NCBI GenBank assembly: GCA_043753995.1
Contig: JAYUVP010000272.1
Coordinates: 1-13,541 of the forward strand
Length of the DNA stretch: 13,541 nt
Direction: 5' to 3'
Origin: Fibrobacterota bacterium
GTDB lineage: Bacteria > Fibrobacterota > Fibrobacteria > UBA11236
Below are positions 1 to 7,799 of the stretch, piece by piece; positions within the stretch are counted from its first letter, which is position 1; each line of letters starts with the position of its first letter. A model generated the notes under the pieces. It was not told where the DNA came from and did no database searches. It saw only the letters and a program-made list of their open reading frames with translations. Both the position numbers and the translations under genes were made by a program.

Positions 1-34
1 CGGCGGCTCCGCAAGGGGCCGCCGTCCCCGTTTT
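1..34 (+). terminator. GC-rich hairpin, probable terminator of a + strand gene left of the window
   Basis: CGGCGGCTCC-GCAA-GGGGCCGCCG (1-24): 10 bp stem with a U-G pair that forms only on the + strand and a GNRA tetraloop. TTTT follows at 31-34. It lies just past the stop of the convergent 45..407 gene. Confidence 0.6.
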
Positions 35-44
35 AAGGGGCTTC

Positions 45-407
45 TTACAAAGGGATTTCCGTTTCTTCGTCGATATTGCCTTCGAGTTGCCAGGCCAAGA
101 CCTGCATATAGGCTTCATGCAAAGCAGAGACCTTGGAACGGGCCGTATGCGTCAATTCACTGGTTCGGAATTCCAAGGCGCCACGAATGACATGACAATC
201 CGTGCGGCGCCAAAGGTTATTGTGCAATAAGTGAGTGCTGGTCAAATAATCCTGATTCAATTCTACGGCAAAGCCTTGCGCTTCTAGCTCGGCCTTCAGC
301 TGTAAAAAGCGGTTTTCATAGAGGCTCTCGGCATCGGGAGATTGCGAGGCATCCTGTCTCCAGGATTGAAATGCCTCGCGCAAGGCGGCAATGTCAGCGA
401 ACGTCAT
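45..407 (-). CDS. Hypothetical protein, 120 aa, soluble, acidic C-terminus
   Basis: Only listed ORF in this region; GGGGA SD-like motif ~8 nt upstream of the ATG; protein-like composition. No family recognised. Confidence 0.7.
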   Translation of the reverse strand: MTFADIAALREAFQSWRQDASQSPDAESLYENRFLQLKAELEAQGFAVELNQDYLTSTHLLHNNLWRRTDCHVIRGALEFRTSELTHTARSKVSALHEAYMQVLAWQLEGNIDEETEIPL

Positions 408-569
408 GATGGATTTCCCCGGAGTGTCCCGTACGAACTAAATCTGCCAGGAAAATAGCGTTTTCACTCAATAGTTACTCGACAGAAACCGGAACCCCTT
501 AACCCTTGAATGCAACTCCAGAGGAAAACCGTCGGCAAGGTTTACAAATCACCTCGGTACTTTCCCCAA

Positions 570-1283
570 TCACTTTCCAATCAATTGAGCGAAGTATTCA
601 AAGGAGCGATTGGTTGCCAGTTTTCCATTGACGAAAATAGTCGGCGTCCCTTCCACGCCCACCTTGCGGCCTAGCTCCATATCCTTTTCCAAGATTTTTC
701 CAATCTCGGCATTCAGCACACGCTCCTTGCGAAAGCGCACCATGTCCAATCCGATATGCTGGGCGATGGAATCGTAAAGTGTCTCACTTAGGTTTCGAAA
801 ATGCGGAGCCGAGGCCGAACGGAATTCGAAAAATTTTCCTTGATTGCCTGCGGCGATGGCCGCCGCCGCAGCTTCGCGGGCTTTTTCATGAAAGCTGAGT
901 GGGAAATGTTTGAATACCACTCTCACATCATTGGGAAAAGCTTTCGAAACCGAATCGAGGACAGGAGCCACCTGGGCACAATAAGGGCATTCCAAATCCG
1001 AAAACTCGATGATGGTGACCTTTGCGTTTTGCGGGCCATGGGAAAACGAATTGCCCACGGGAATAATCTTAGGCGTGGTATCTAATGGAGGACGCCAGCC
1101 AGCTCGCACAGCGACAAAATCACTTTTCTCCTGCATGGCGACCAAGACTTTTAAAATGGAGTCTTGCCGGGTTTCTATGGTGCGGAGGCGCATGTCAACT
1201 CCGGGGGACATGCAACCCATCCCCAGAAGAGGCAACAATGCAATTGCAATCCAGGCCAGCCCATTCAAGTTTCGCTTCAGCAT
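570..1283 (-). CDS. DsbA-family (thioredoxin-fold) thiol-disulfide oxidoreductase, predicted lipoprotein, 237 aa
   Basis: Motifs GPQNAKVTIIEFSDLECPYC (CxxC), VFKHFPL and GVEGTPTIFVNG (cis-Pro loop). Start moved to ATG 1283, which follows GGAGG and gives the signal peptide MLKRNLNGLAWIAIALLPLLGMG-C with a lipobox-like Cys. Confidence 0.9.
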   Translation of the reverse strand: MLKRNLNGLAWIAIALLPLLGMGCMSPGVDMRLRTIETRQDSILKVLVAMQEKSDFVAVRAGWRPPLDTTPKIIPVGNSFSHGPQNAKVTIIEFSDLECPYCAQVAPVLDSVSKAFPNDVRVVFKHFPLSFHEKAREAAAAAIAAGNQGKFFEFRSASAPHFRNLSETLYDSIAQHIGLDMVRFRKERVLNAEIGKILEKDMELGRKVGVEGTPTIFVNGKLATNRSFEYFAQLIGK

Positions 1284-1322
1284 GCCAATCCTCCAAGCCC
1301 CGAAATGGCGGAGCAAAACAAC

Positions 1323-1328
1323 ATTATA
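1323..1328 (-). promoter_or_regulatory. Candidate -10 box (TATAAT) for the DsbA-family gene
   Basis: Perfect TATAAT on the - strand immediately after the pgl stop, ~40 nt upstream of ATG 1283. No clear -35. Confidence 0.4.
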
Positions 1329-1329
1329 C

Positions 1330-1983
1330 CTAGTTCGCCGCTGCTTCATCCAAAATCAATACCGGACGCGCATGCCCCTGCAAAGCCCGAGTTATGGGCA
1401 AGGACATATCCCCCGACTTAAGTCGCCGGACCATCTCGCTTTTGTCCTTGCCGGTGATAATGGCTATTAACTCATGACTCTCCCAAAGGGACCGCAAGCC
1501 CAAGGTCAAGCGGGGAAAGGGAGGCTTGGGGCTGGTGGTTTCAAGCACTAGAGATTGAAGGTCATCCAGGGCCTCGGTTCCAGGAAATAAGGACGCCGTA
1601 TGGCCGTCGGTTCCCATGCCGAGAAAGACCGAGTCAAAACGCTTATCCGGGCCTAGCCCGGCTTGCAATAGGGACTGATACTCAGCTAGCGAAGTGGGAT
1701 GATGGCTTTTCTGCCCACCCAATCCAACGGGCTCCAGCAAAAGTTCCGAACAGACGCGCCAATTGCAACCATCCTCGTCATAGGCCACCTTTCTTTCATC
1801 CACGGGAAAGCAAGACAAGGGTTCCCCGGCTTTTAGGCGAGTCGAAAAAATTTCACGCCAGAGTGGAAAGAGGGCTGCAAAGGTGGAGCCCCCTGAGAAG
1901 CCGATGCGGGGCCCTTTCATTTTTTGGGCAGCCACAAGGGCGACAGCATGAATATCAGGGACAACGACGGTTTCCAAGGTCAC
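1330..1983 (-). CDS. pgl: 6-phosphogluconolactonase (DevB/Pgl type)
   Basis: Motifs GFSGGST, PVDERKV, LGMGTDGHTASLFPG and PKPPFPRLTL. GTG 1983 has GGAG 7 nt upstream, whereas the ORF-track GTG 1995 has no SD. The start is uncertain. Confidence 0.9.
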   Translation of the reverse strand: MTLETVVVPDIHAVALVAAQKMKGPRIGFSGGSTFAALFPLWREIFSTRLKAGEPLSCFPVDERKVAYDEDGCNWRVCSELLLEPVGLGGQKSHHPTSLAEYQSLLQAGLGPDKRFDSVFLGMGTDGHTASLFPGTEALDDLQSLVLETTSPKPPFPRLTLGLRSLWESHELIAIITGKDKSEMVRRLKSGDMSLPITRALQGHARPVLILDEAAAN

Positions 1984-2089
1984 AGGCGACTCCACAAAGC
2001 GAAAAGTGACGTTAAAAGTAATGCCATCGTCCCTAGGTCCTTGTTTTTTCTCCGTCAGCCAGGGAGTACATTTGGCTTAGGTATCACAC

Positions 2090-2422
2090 GTGATTCGTTG
2101 GCTACTCACTGGCGTTTCAACCGTCTCCTTGGCGGTCAATGGCTTGATGCTATGGCAGGTCAATGGATTTCCCAGCGATTTACCCTCTACCGGGGTCCGC
2201 TGGATGGAAGCCTATTTTCACCTCTTCAGCGACCCGTTTAGTGCTGCGGTCATTTATGGCCTGACCTTGGCCTTGGCCCTGGCCAGTTTTTGCATAACCG
2301 AATTGCTGCTGGGACTCATTTTTGTGGCTCTCACGGCTGTGCTAGCCCTAGTATGCCTTATCGGCCAGGCTTCGGTGCATTATCCACCGCTGGCGCATAT
2401 TCTCATTCGCACCTTCCAATAA
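2090..2422 (+). CDS. Hypothetical small integral membrane protein, 110 aa, about 3 TM segments
   Basis: Three hydrophobic stretches; stop 12 nt before the ArsC-family ATG, so probably co-transcribed; TACATT -10-like hexamer at 2067-2072. Confidence 0.7.
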   Translation: MIRWLLTGVSTVSLAVNGLMLWQVNGFPSDLPSTGVRWMEAYFHLFSDPFSAAVIYGLTLALALASFCITELLLGLIFVALTAVLALVCLIGQASVHYPPLAHILIRTFQ

Positions 2423-2434
2423 CCACGCCTTCTC

Positions 2435-2788
2435 ATGACTGTAAAGAACCTGAATATTCAGATTTTCGGACGCAAAGATTGTGCTGACACACGTAAAGCC
2501 GAGCGCTGGTTCAAGGAAAGAGGCATACCCTTTCAGAGCATTGACTTAAAAATCAAAGGCTTAAGTCCGCGAGAGCTCGAAGCCGTGGCACGGCCCATAG
2601 GTTTGGAAAAGTTGCTTGACCGGGATGGCGCGCGTTTTAAAAACAAAGGGCTGGCCTTCATGTCGGCCAGCCGGACGCAAAGCGTTTTGCTTGAAGATCC
2701 CCTGCTTTTGCGGACGCCCATAGTCCGCAATGGGTCGCTAGCGACTCTGGGGTATGCTGCCACCGTCTGGGAAGCCTGGCGCGGTTAA
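2435..2788 (+). CDS. ArsC/Spx/YffB-family thioredoxin-fold protein
   Basis: IQIFGRKDCADTRKAERWFKERGIPF N-terminus and EDPLLLRTPIV C-terminal motif, both typical of the family. Confidence 0.88.
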   Translation: MTVKNLNIQIFGRKDCADTRKAERWFKERGIPFQSIDLKIKGLSPRELEAVARPIGLEKLLDRDGARFKNKGLAFMSASRTQSVLLEDPLLLRTPIVRNGSLATLGYAATVWEAWRG

Positions 2789-3796
2789 CGCTTCGTCACC
2801 GAGCGTTTGCGCGGCGCTGGGTTCACTGGGCCGAATCACTCCATTTTGCCCCTGGCGACCCAATTCCAAAATGCGATCGGGCACGGGTTTCAAATCCCAA
2901 ATCAGGCCGACCTTGCTCAAAGTCCATAGCACATAATAGGTTGGGTCCCATTGCCACCAATAAAAACCCTGGCGCGTGGAATTGGCGTAATAGTGATGAT
3001 TATTGTGCCAGCCTTCGCCCATGGTCACGATAGCGAGAAATAAACTATTTCGGCTTTCATCGCCCGAAGGAAAGCGCTTTCGACCCATCACATGGGCCAA
3101 GCTATTGATAACGGCTACGCCATTGAAAAGCACAAAGGTCGAGACGCCGAATCCCAAAGCCATCATTTGCAGGCCTGAGGTTCCGAGCGAAGGCCAAAAG
3201 TGATTCAACAGGGCTCCCAGAAAAAAGCAACCGATAGCCATGGATAGCGGCGCTATGGCGTCGAACCGATCCAAAAAAACCAATTCGGGATATTTGGAAA
3301 AGTCCCGGATCGATTCAAGTTTAGTAGGGACATTTTTCCGCCTTCCCCACCAAAGCATATGGCTATTCCAAAAGCCTCCGACAACAGGCGAATGGGCATC
3401 GCCTTCCTGGTCGGAAAATTTGTGATGATGACGATGATGGGCCGCCCACCATAATGGGCCTCGCTGTCCTGCGCTATTGCCCAATAAAGCCAGTATGAAC
3501 TGAAAAGCCCGGCTTGTTTTATAGGTGCGATGAGAAAAATAACGGTGATATACGCCGGTAATGGCGAACATGCGGAGCCAATAGAGTGCCACAGCGACCG
3601 CGACGGCGACGGGTGACCAGCCCACGAAGTAAAGAGCAAAGGGCGAAAGCACTATCAGCAAAAAGGAAACTGGCGGATCCCACTTCGAATCTTCACCCCA
3701 TCCCTTGGCGATGATTTGCTCCCCTTGATAGTGATTGTCGAGCCAATTCACTAAGGCATTTTGCGAAGACTTTGGTTTCGCCTTGCTGACGACCAT
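2738..3796 (-). CDS. Delta-9-type membrane acyl-CoA / fatty acid desaturase
   Basis: Three His boxes (YHRYFSH, WAAHHRHHH, GEGWHNNHH), TM segments, and the GFYWWQWDPTY motif. Confidence 0.93.
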   Translation of the reverse strand: MVVSKAKPKSSQNALVNWLDNHYQGEQIIAKGWGEDSKWDPPVSFLLIVLSPFALYFVGWSPVAVAVAVALYWLRMFAITGVYHRYFSHRTYKTSRAFQFILALLGNSAGQRGPLWWAAHHRHHHKFSDQEGDAHSPVVGGFWNSHMLWWGRRKNVPTKLESIRDFSKYPELVFLDRFDAIAPLSMAIGCFFLGALLNHFWPSLGTSGLQMMALGFGVSTFVLFNGVAVINSLAHVMGRKRFPSGDESRNSLFLAIVTMGEGWHNNHHYYANSTRQGFYWWQWDPTYYVLWTLSKVGLIWDLKPVPDRILELGRQGQNGVIRPSEPSAAQTLGDEALTAPGFPDGGSIPQSR

Positions 3797-3990
3797 ATGG
3801 ATTACTTTCCCATACCTTTCGACCGTCTATCGGCCTTGGTTTTAGCATTAGACCAAGATAGAGGGGAAATGCAAAGGTTTTTGGCCATGATTTTGCATGC
3901 TCTGACAATCCCACATTTTTTTACAAATGAAGGCTTGTGCAAGGCCACCTCCAGGATGTACTCAATTCTACCCCAAATAGGATTTTCACC

Positions 3991-4617
3991 ATGAAGCGAA
4001 TTTTGTGTTACGGCGACTCCAATACCTGGGGGTTTATCCCCCTCACGGCCGAACGCTATCCCCAAGACATACGTTGGACCGGCGTGATGCAAAAAGCCCT
4101 GGGAACGAGATTCCAGGTCATTGAGGAAGGCCTAAATGGCCGCACCACGGTATGGAATGACCCACATAGCGATGGCCGAAACGGCCGGGAATATCTTTTG
4201 CCTTGTCTCGACAGCCATATGCCCCTGGACCTGGTCATTCTCATGTTGGGCACCAATGACCTGAAGCCAAAGTTCTCGGCCACGGCTACCGATATTGCCG
4301 AAGGAGCTGGATTTTTGGGTCGCCTCATACTCTTAAGCAAAGCCGGCATTCAGTACCGGGCACCCAAACTGATATTGGCTGCCCCGCCGGCTATACTCGA
4401 ACCCACCGCCTATGGTGAAGCCTTTGAAGGAGGCGCGGAAAAATCCCGAAAATTCGCCCTGGCCTATAAACGAGTCGCCGACGAACTTGGTTGCGTATTT
4501 GTGGACGCCGGTAGCCACATTCAATCCAGCAAACTGGATGGCATTCATTTAGAGGCGGATGAACATGCGAAATTGGGTATGGCCATGGCCAGCTTAGTGC
4601 AAAAAGTTTTTGCCTGA
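3991..4617 (+). CDS. SGNH/GDSL hydrolase (arylesterase-like), 208 aa
   Basis: Blocks GDSNT, EGLNGRTT, MLGTND and DGIH. Start at ATG 3991 with AGGA 8 nt upstream. Confidence 0.93.
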   Translation: MKRILCYGDSNTWGFIPLTAERYPQDIRWTGVMQKALGTRFQVIEEGLNGRTTVWNDPHSDGRNGREYLLPCLDSHMPLDLVILMLGTNDLKPKFSATATDIAEGAGFLGRLILLSKAGIQYRAPKLILAAPPAILEPTAYGEAFEGGAEKSRKFALAYKRVADELGCVFVDAGSHIQSSKLDGIHLEADEHAKLGMAMASLVQKVFA

Positions 4618-4670
4618 AAGGGCTCTTGGTAAGACTCACCCACCGGCAAATCCCCTCGGACATGCCTCTT

Positions 4671-4679
4671 TGCTATACT
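4671..4679 (+). promoter_or_regulatory. Candidate extended -10 promoter (TGnTATACT) for the DUF1456 gene
   Basis: TGCTATACT ending 26 nt upstream of ATG 4706. Confidence 0.45.
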
Positions 4680-4705
4680 GGTCCTTTCATTTCAAGAAAA
4701 AAACC

Positions 4706-5176
4706 ATGACCCCTAATGACATTTTCCGGCGGATTCGCTTCGTATTCAACTTTAATGACGACACCATGATGGCCATTTTTGGTTTAGCGGGTTGCGAGGT
4801 AAGTCGGGCCGAGGTCAGCGATTGGTTAAAGCAGGATGAAAAACCTGATTTCAAGGCGCTTACCGATATCCAATTGGCCACCTTTTTAAATGGCCTCATC
4901 ATTAAAAACAGAGGCAAAAAAGAAGGTCCTTCTCCTGAACCCGAAGCGACTTTAAACAATAATATTGTTTTCAGGAAGCTAAAAATTGCTTTGAATTTTC
5001 AGGAGCAGGACATACTTGAAGTGATGCAATTGGCTGGCTTTCCTATTGGAAAGCATGAATTAAGCGCCCTTTTTCGAAAAGCCGATCACAAAAATTACCG
5101 TGCCTGCCAGGACCAAATGTTGCGGAATTTTTTAAACGGCCTGCAAAAAAAAATCCGGCCTGCGCCAGCCCTATAA
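4706..5176 (+). CDS. DUF1456 / YehS-family protein, 156 aa
   Basis: MTPNDIFRRIR, FLNGLII..RG, LNNNIVFRKLKIAL and ELSALFRK..HKNYR.C.DQ.LRNFLNGL; two-repeat architecture of YehS. The true start is likely ATG 4706. Confidence 0.9.
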   Translation: MTPNDIFRRIRFVFNFNDDTMMAIFGLAGCEVSRAEVSDWLKQDEKPDFKALTDIQLATFLNGLIIKNRGKKEGPSPEPEATLNNNIVFRKLKIALNFQEQDILEVMQLAGFPIGKHELSALFRKADHKNYRACQDQMLRNFLNGLQKKIRPAPAL

Positions 5177-6754
5177 AAATCCGGCCTTTTTCAATTCGAC
5201 TATGCGTTCGCGGCAGGGCTTTGGATTCGGAGATTTCTGAAGGCACGTATTTAAGATGCGGGCACAGCCTTTGAAATCTTGTTTCACAGCCAAGTCATTG
5301 GACCAGTTGCAATAGCCGACACCCATATTTTTTGCAATGGTCGGTCGACTCTCGGTGGCATAGAGATAGGCTAGCCCGAATTTTTGAATGGACGGTTCCC
5401 ATTCCTTTTTATCCCAATAGTCCATGGCCCAAGAACTAAATAACCAAGCACGGTTTTCCCCGCAATAGGATTCCTTTCGACAGAGATGGGCATAGCGATT
5501 CATTTCCCTCTCGACCACCTGAAAACGCTGCTTCGAAACCTGCCCGACCCATCGCGTCATGAGTAAGGCATAGCTATTCGAGTGAAATAGGGAAGAATCA
5601 GCATTGCCTTTCGACAAAGCCTCAAGCGCAGCATCAATATTGGTGAAGAAAGAAGTGTCCTCCTCGGATTGATGTAGGCTGGCTTCGGCCTGTAACAATC
5701 GTAAATGCGCATACCAACGCCGAATCCCGGAATCCTGTTCCATTGTGGCATGCACACTATCCAAAAAGCCGTGCGTGACCTGACAAAGCCGAAGCGTTTC
5801 ACTGAAGTTGGAATCCTCCTTCGATTTTTGCGCCGCTTGAAGATATAGGCTCAATCTTTCGCGGCGATATTCCAGCTTCGTGGGTTGAATCACGCTTTGC
5901 AATTCACGCAATCGAAAATATCCCTGCATGCCCAATACCGAAGGCATGGTGTGCTGATTGCTCATATTCTCGACGGCGATTTCCCATGGCTGTAAAATGC
6001 GTCGCTTCTTATAATCCGCGAAAGTGATATTGCGCCCATAAATAGATCCGAATAAGCTGCCCTGGGCGCTGTAAAAGGCTTGGTCATGCTTGATATTGAA
6101 ACCATCCCGAGTCACCGCTTCCACTTCAATCACATTATTGGATGACAACTGCAATTGCACAAAGGCATGCCCGGGGATGAGCACGGGCTGAGCCTTGATT
6201 TGAAAATGGCGGCATATCACGATATAGAGCATAGTGATGGAAATACAGTTGTAAATCCTTTCGTCGAGCAAGCGTGTCAAATCGCTATGCCCGAAGTCAT
6301 AGCCAAAGGTGGGACCTCCTCGGCCAGATTTGATGAAATGACGATACATGCCTTTAAAAAGGGCTTCGGCCTTGGCGGTTTCCGTTTTAAGTCCATTTAA
6401 AACCGGGACCATGGAATCGCAGAAATGGGCGACTTGGCTTTGATAGCGCTCGATATCCTTTTCTTCGCGATTCCGGCCCGAGGCCAGAATATAAAGGCGT
6501 AACAAGGCCTGGGACTCGCCGCTCTGGGCTGCATCCATGCGCCCAAGTGTGGTCACTTCGGCACTAGTGAGACTAGACCAAACTCCTGATAGGCTTTGTC
6601 CCAAATTCTGTTTAGCGCCCAGCTCCCAGGCAACGGAATCCAATGGCTCCGTCGAATTCCAGCCGCGGTGGGAAGTTGCGCAACCGAAAAAAAGTATCAG
6701 ACCGACCCATCCGAATCCAGCGAACCAGAAACAGGAGGACAACCTTGGTCTCAT
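5171..6754 (-). CDS. Predicted lipoprotein with transglutaminase-like (SirB1/Transglut_core2-like) domain and C-terminal TPR-like helices, 527 aa
   Basis: Lipobox FFG-C25; LLDERIYNCISITMLY...LIPGHAFV...IEVE pattern; helical Ala/Tyr/Trp-rich TPR-like C-terminal half. Confidence 0.75.
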   Translation of the reverse strand: MRPRLSSCFWFAGFGWVGLILFFGCATSHRGWNSTEPLDSVAWELGAKQNLGQSLSGVWSSLTSAEVTTLGRMDAAQSGESQALLRLYILASGRNREEKDIERYQSQVAHFCDSMVPVLNGLKTETAKAEALFKGMYRHFIKSGRGGPTFGYDFGHSDLTRLLDERIYNCISITMLYIVICRHFQIKAQPVLIPGHAFVQLQLSSNNVIEVEAVTRDGFNIKHDQAFYSAQGSLFGSIYGRNITFADYKKRRILQPWEIAVENMSNQHTMPSVLGMQGYFRLRELQSVIQPTKLEYRRERLSLYLQAAQKSKEDSNFSETLRLCQVTHGFLDSVHATMEQDSGIRRWYAHLRLLQAEASLHQSEEDTSFFTNIDAALEALSKGNADSSLFHSNSYALLMTRWVGQVSKQRFQVVEREMNRYAHLCRKESYCGENRAWLFSSWAMDYWDKKEWEPSIQKFGLAYLYATESRPTIAKNMGVGYCNWSNDLAVKQDFKGCARILNTCLQKSPNPKPCRERIVELKKAGFL

Positions 6755-6844
6755 CGAAAACTCCGACTTCTTTCGCTAATTGGACAAATGACGCGGCAAG
6801 GAAGGTAATTTTTCAATTTCGAAGTTAAACCTTTATCACCAAGG

Positions 6845-7717
6845 ATGATAAGGCAAGTGAAGAATATATCGTGTGCAAACCTATTAGTCAGCTGCCGAGA
6901 CCGAACGGGCCTGGTGGCCGCCCTATCGGATTTTGTCTTTCGCAATGGCGGCAATATCATCGACGCCGATCAGCACGCGGAAACAGAAACCGGCTATTTC
7001 TTCATGAGGCTGGTTTGGGATTTGAAGACTTTCCGGTTGGATCGCCAGGGCATTGCCGCCGGCATGACGGCCCTTGCCCAGGCCTTTGATTTGACCTTCG
7101 ACTTGACCTATTCGGATCGCCGTCCCCGAGTGGCCGTATTCGCCAGCAAGACGGCTCATTGCCTTTATGATTTATTGCTTTCACATCAATTAGGTGAAAT
7201 GCATGGCGATTTGGTGGCTGTGATTTCCAATCATGAAGATTTGCGATCGGTGGCCGGACATTTTGGCGTGAGGTTTGAACATATTCCCGTGCACTCCGAC
7301 CGTCGTGCCGAAGCCGAGCAATTACATCAAGCCCTATTGGAAGAATTGCAAATCGACCTCGTGGTGCTTGCCAGATATATGCAAATCCTTTCACCCGACT
7401 TCGTCTCGCGCTGGCCTTCCCGTATTATCAATATCCATCATTCCTTTCTGCCGGCTTTCATAGGTGCTCGCCCCTACCATCAGGCTAAGGCGAGGGGCGT
7501 GAAAATCATCGGCGCCACCGCCCACTATGTCACCGAAGAGTTGGATCAAGGCCCGATTATCGACCAAGACGTTTGCCGTGTCAGCCATCGCGACGATGTC
7601 CAAGACTTGATTCAAAAGGGACGCGAGTTGGAACGCCAAGTTCTCACCCGTGCCGTGCGCCTTCACCTGGATCGCCGGGTTTTGGTTTCGGAAAACCGCA
7701 CCATCGTTTTTGGTTAA
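6845..7717 (+). CDS. purU: Formyltetrahydrofolate deformylase
   Basis: N-terminal ACT domain (SCRDRTGLVA), VLARYMQIL, INIHHSFLPAF.GA.PYHQA, GATAHYVTEELDQGPII. The start could instead be GTG 6857. Confidence 0.96.
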   Translation: MIRQVKNISCANLLVSCRDRTGLVAALSDFVFRNGGNIIDADQHAETETGYFFMRLVWDLKTFRLDRQGIAAGMTALAQAFDLTFDLTYSDRRPRVAVFASKTAHCLYDLLLSHQLGEMHGDLVAVISNHEDLRSVAGHFGVRFEHIPVHSDRRAEAEQLHQALLEELQIDLVVLARYMQILSPDFVSRWPSRIINIHHSFLPAFIGARPYHQAKARGVKIIGATAHYVTEELDQGPIIDQDVCRVSHRDDVQDLIQKGRELERQVLTRAVRLHLDRRVLVSENRTIVFG

Positions 7718-7726
7718 AGCCAAATC

Positions 7727-7763
7727 AAAAAAAACGCTTCGAGGCCAAAGCCCCGAAGCGTTT
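7727..7763 (-). terminator. Rho-independent terminator of tkt, possibly bidirectional with purU
   Basis: The - strand reads CGCTTCGGGGC-TTTG-GCCTCGAAGCG followed by 8 T (A-tract 7727-7734). The G-U pair forms only on the - strand. TTT follows the stem on the + strand. Confidence 0.85.
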
Positions 7764-7799
7764 GAATTCGCAGCGAAACTCGCTGCATCGGAATTCTAA

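Noticed and set aside
3937..4705. Longer N-termini in the ORF track (3937, 4610; likewise 1349, 10394, 13180)
   Set aside because: Downstream starts fit SD positions and family N-termini better, and several of the extensions overlap neighbouring genes or promoters.
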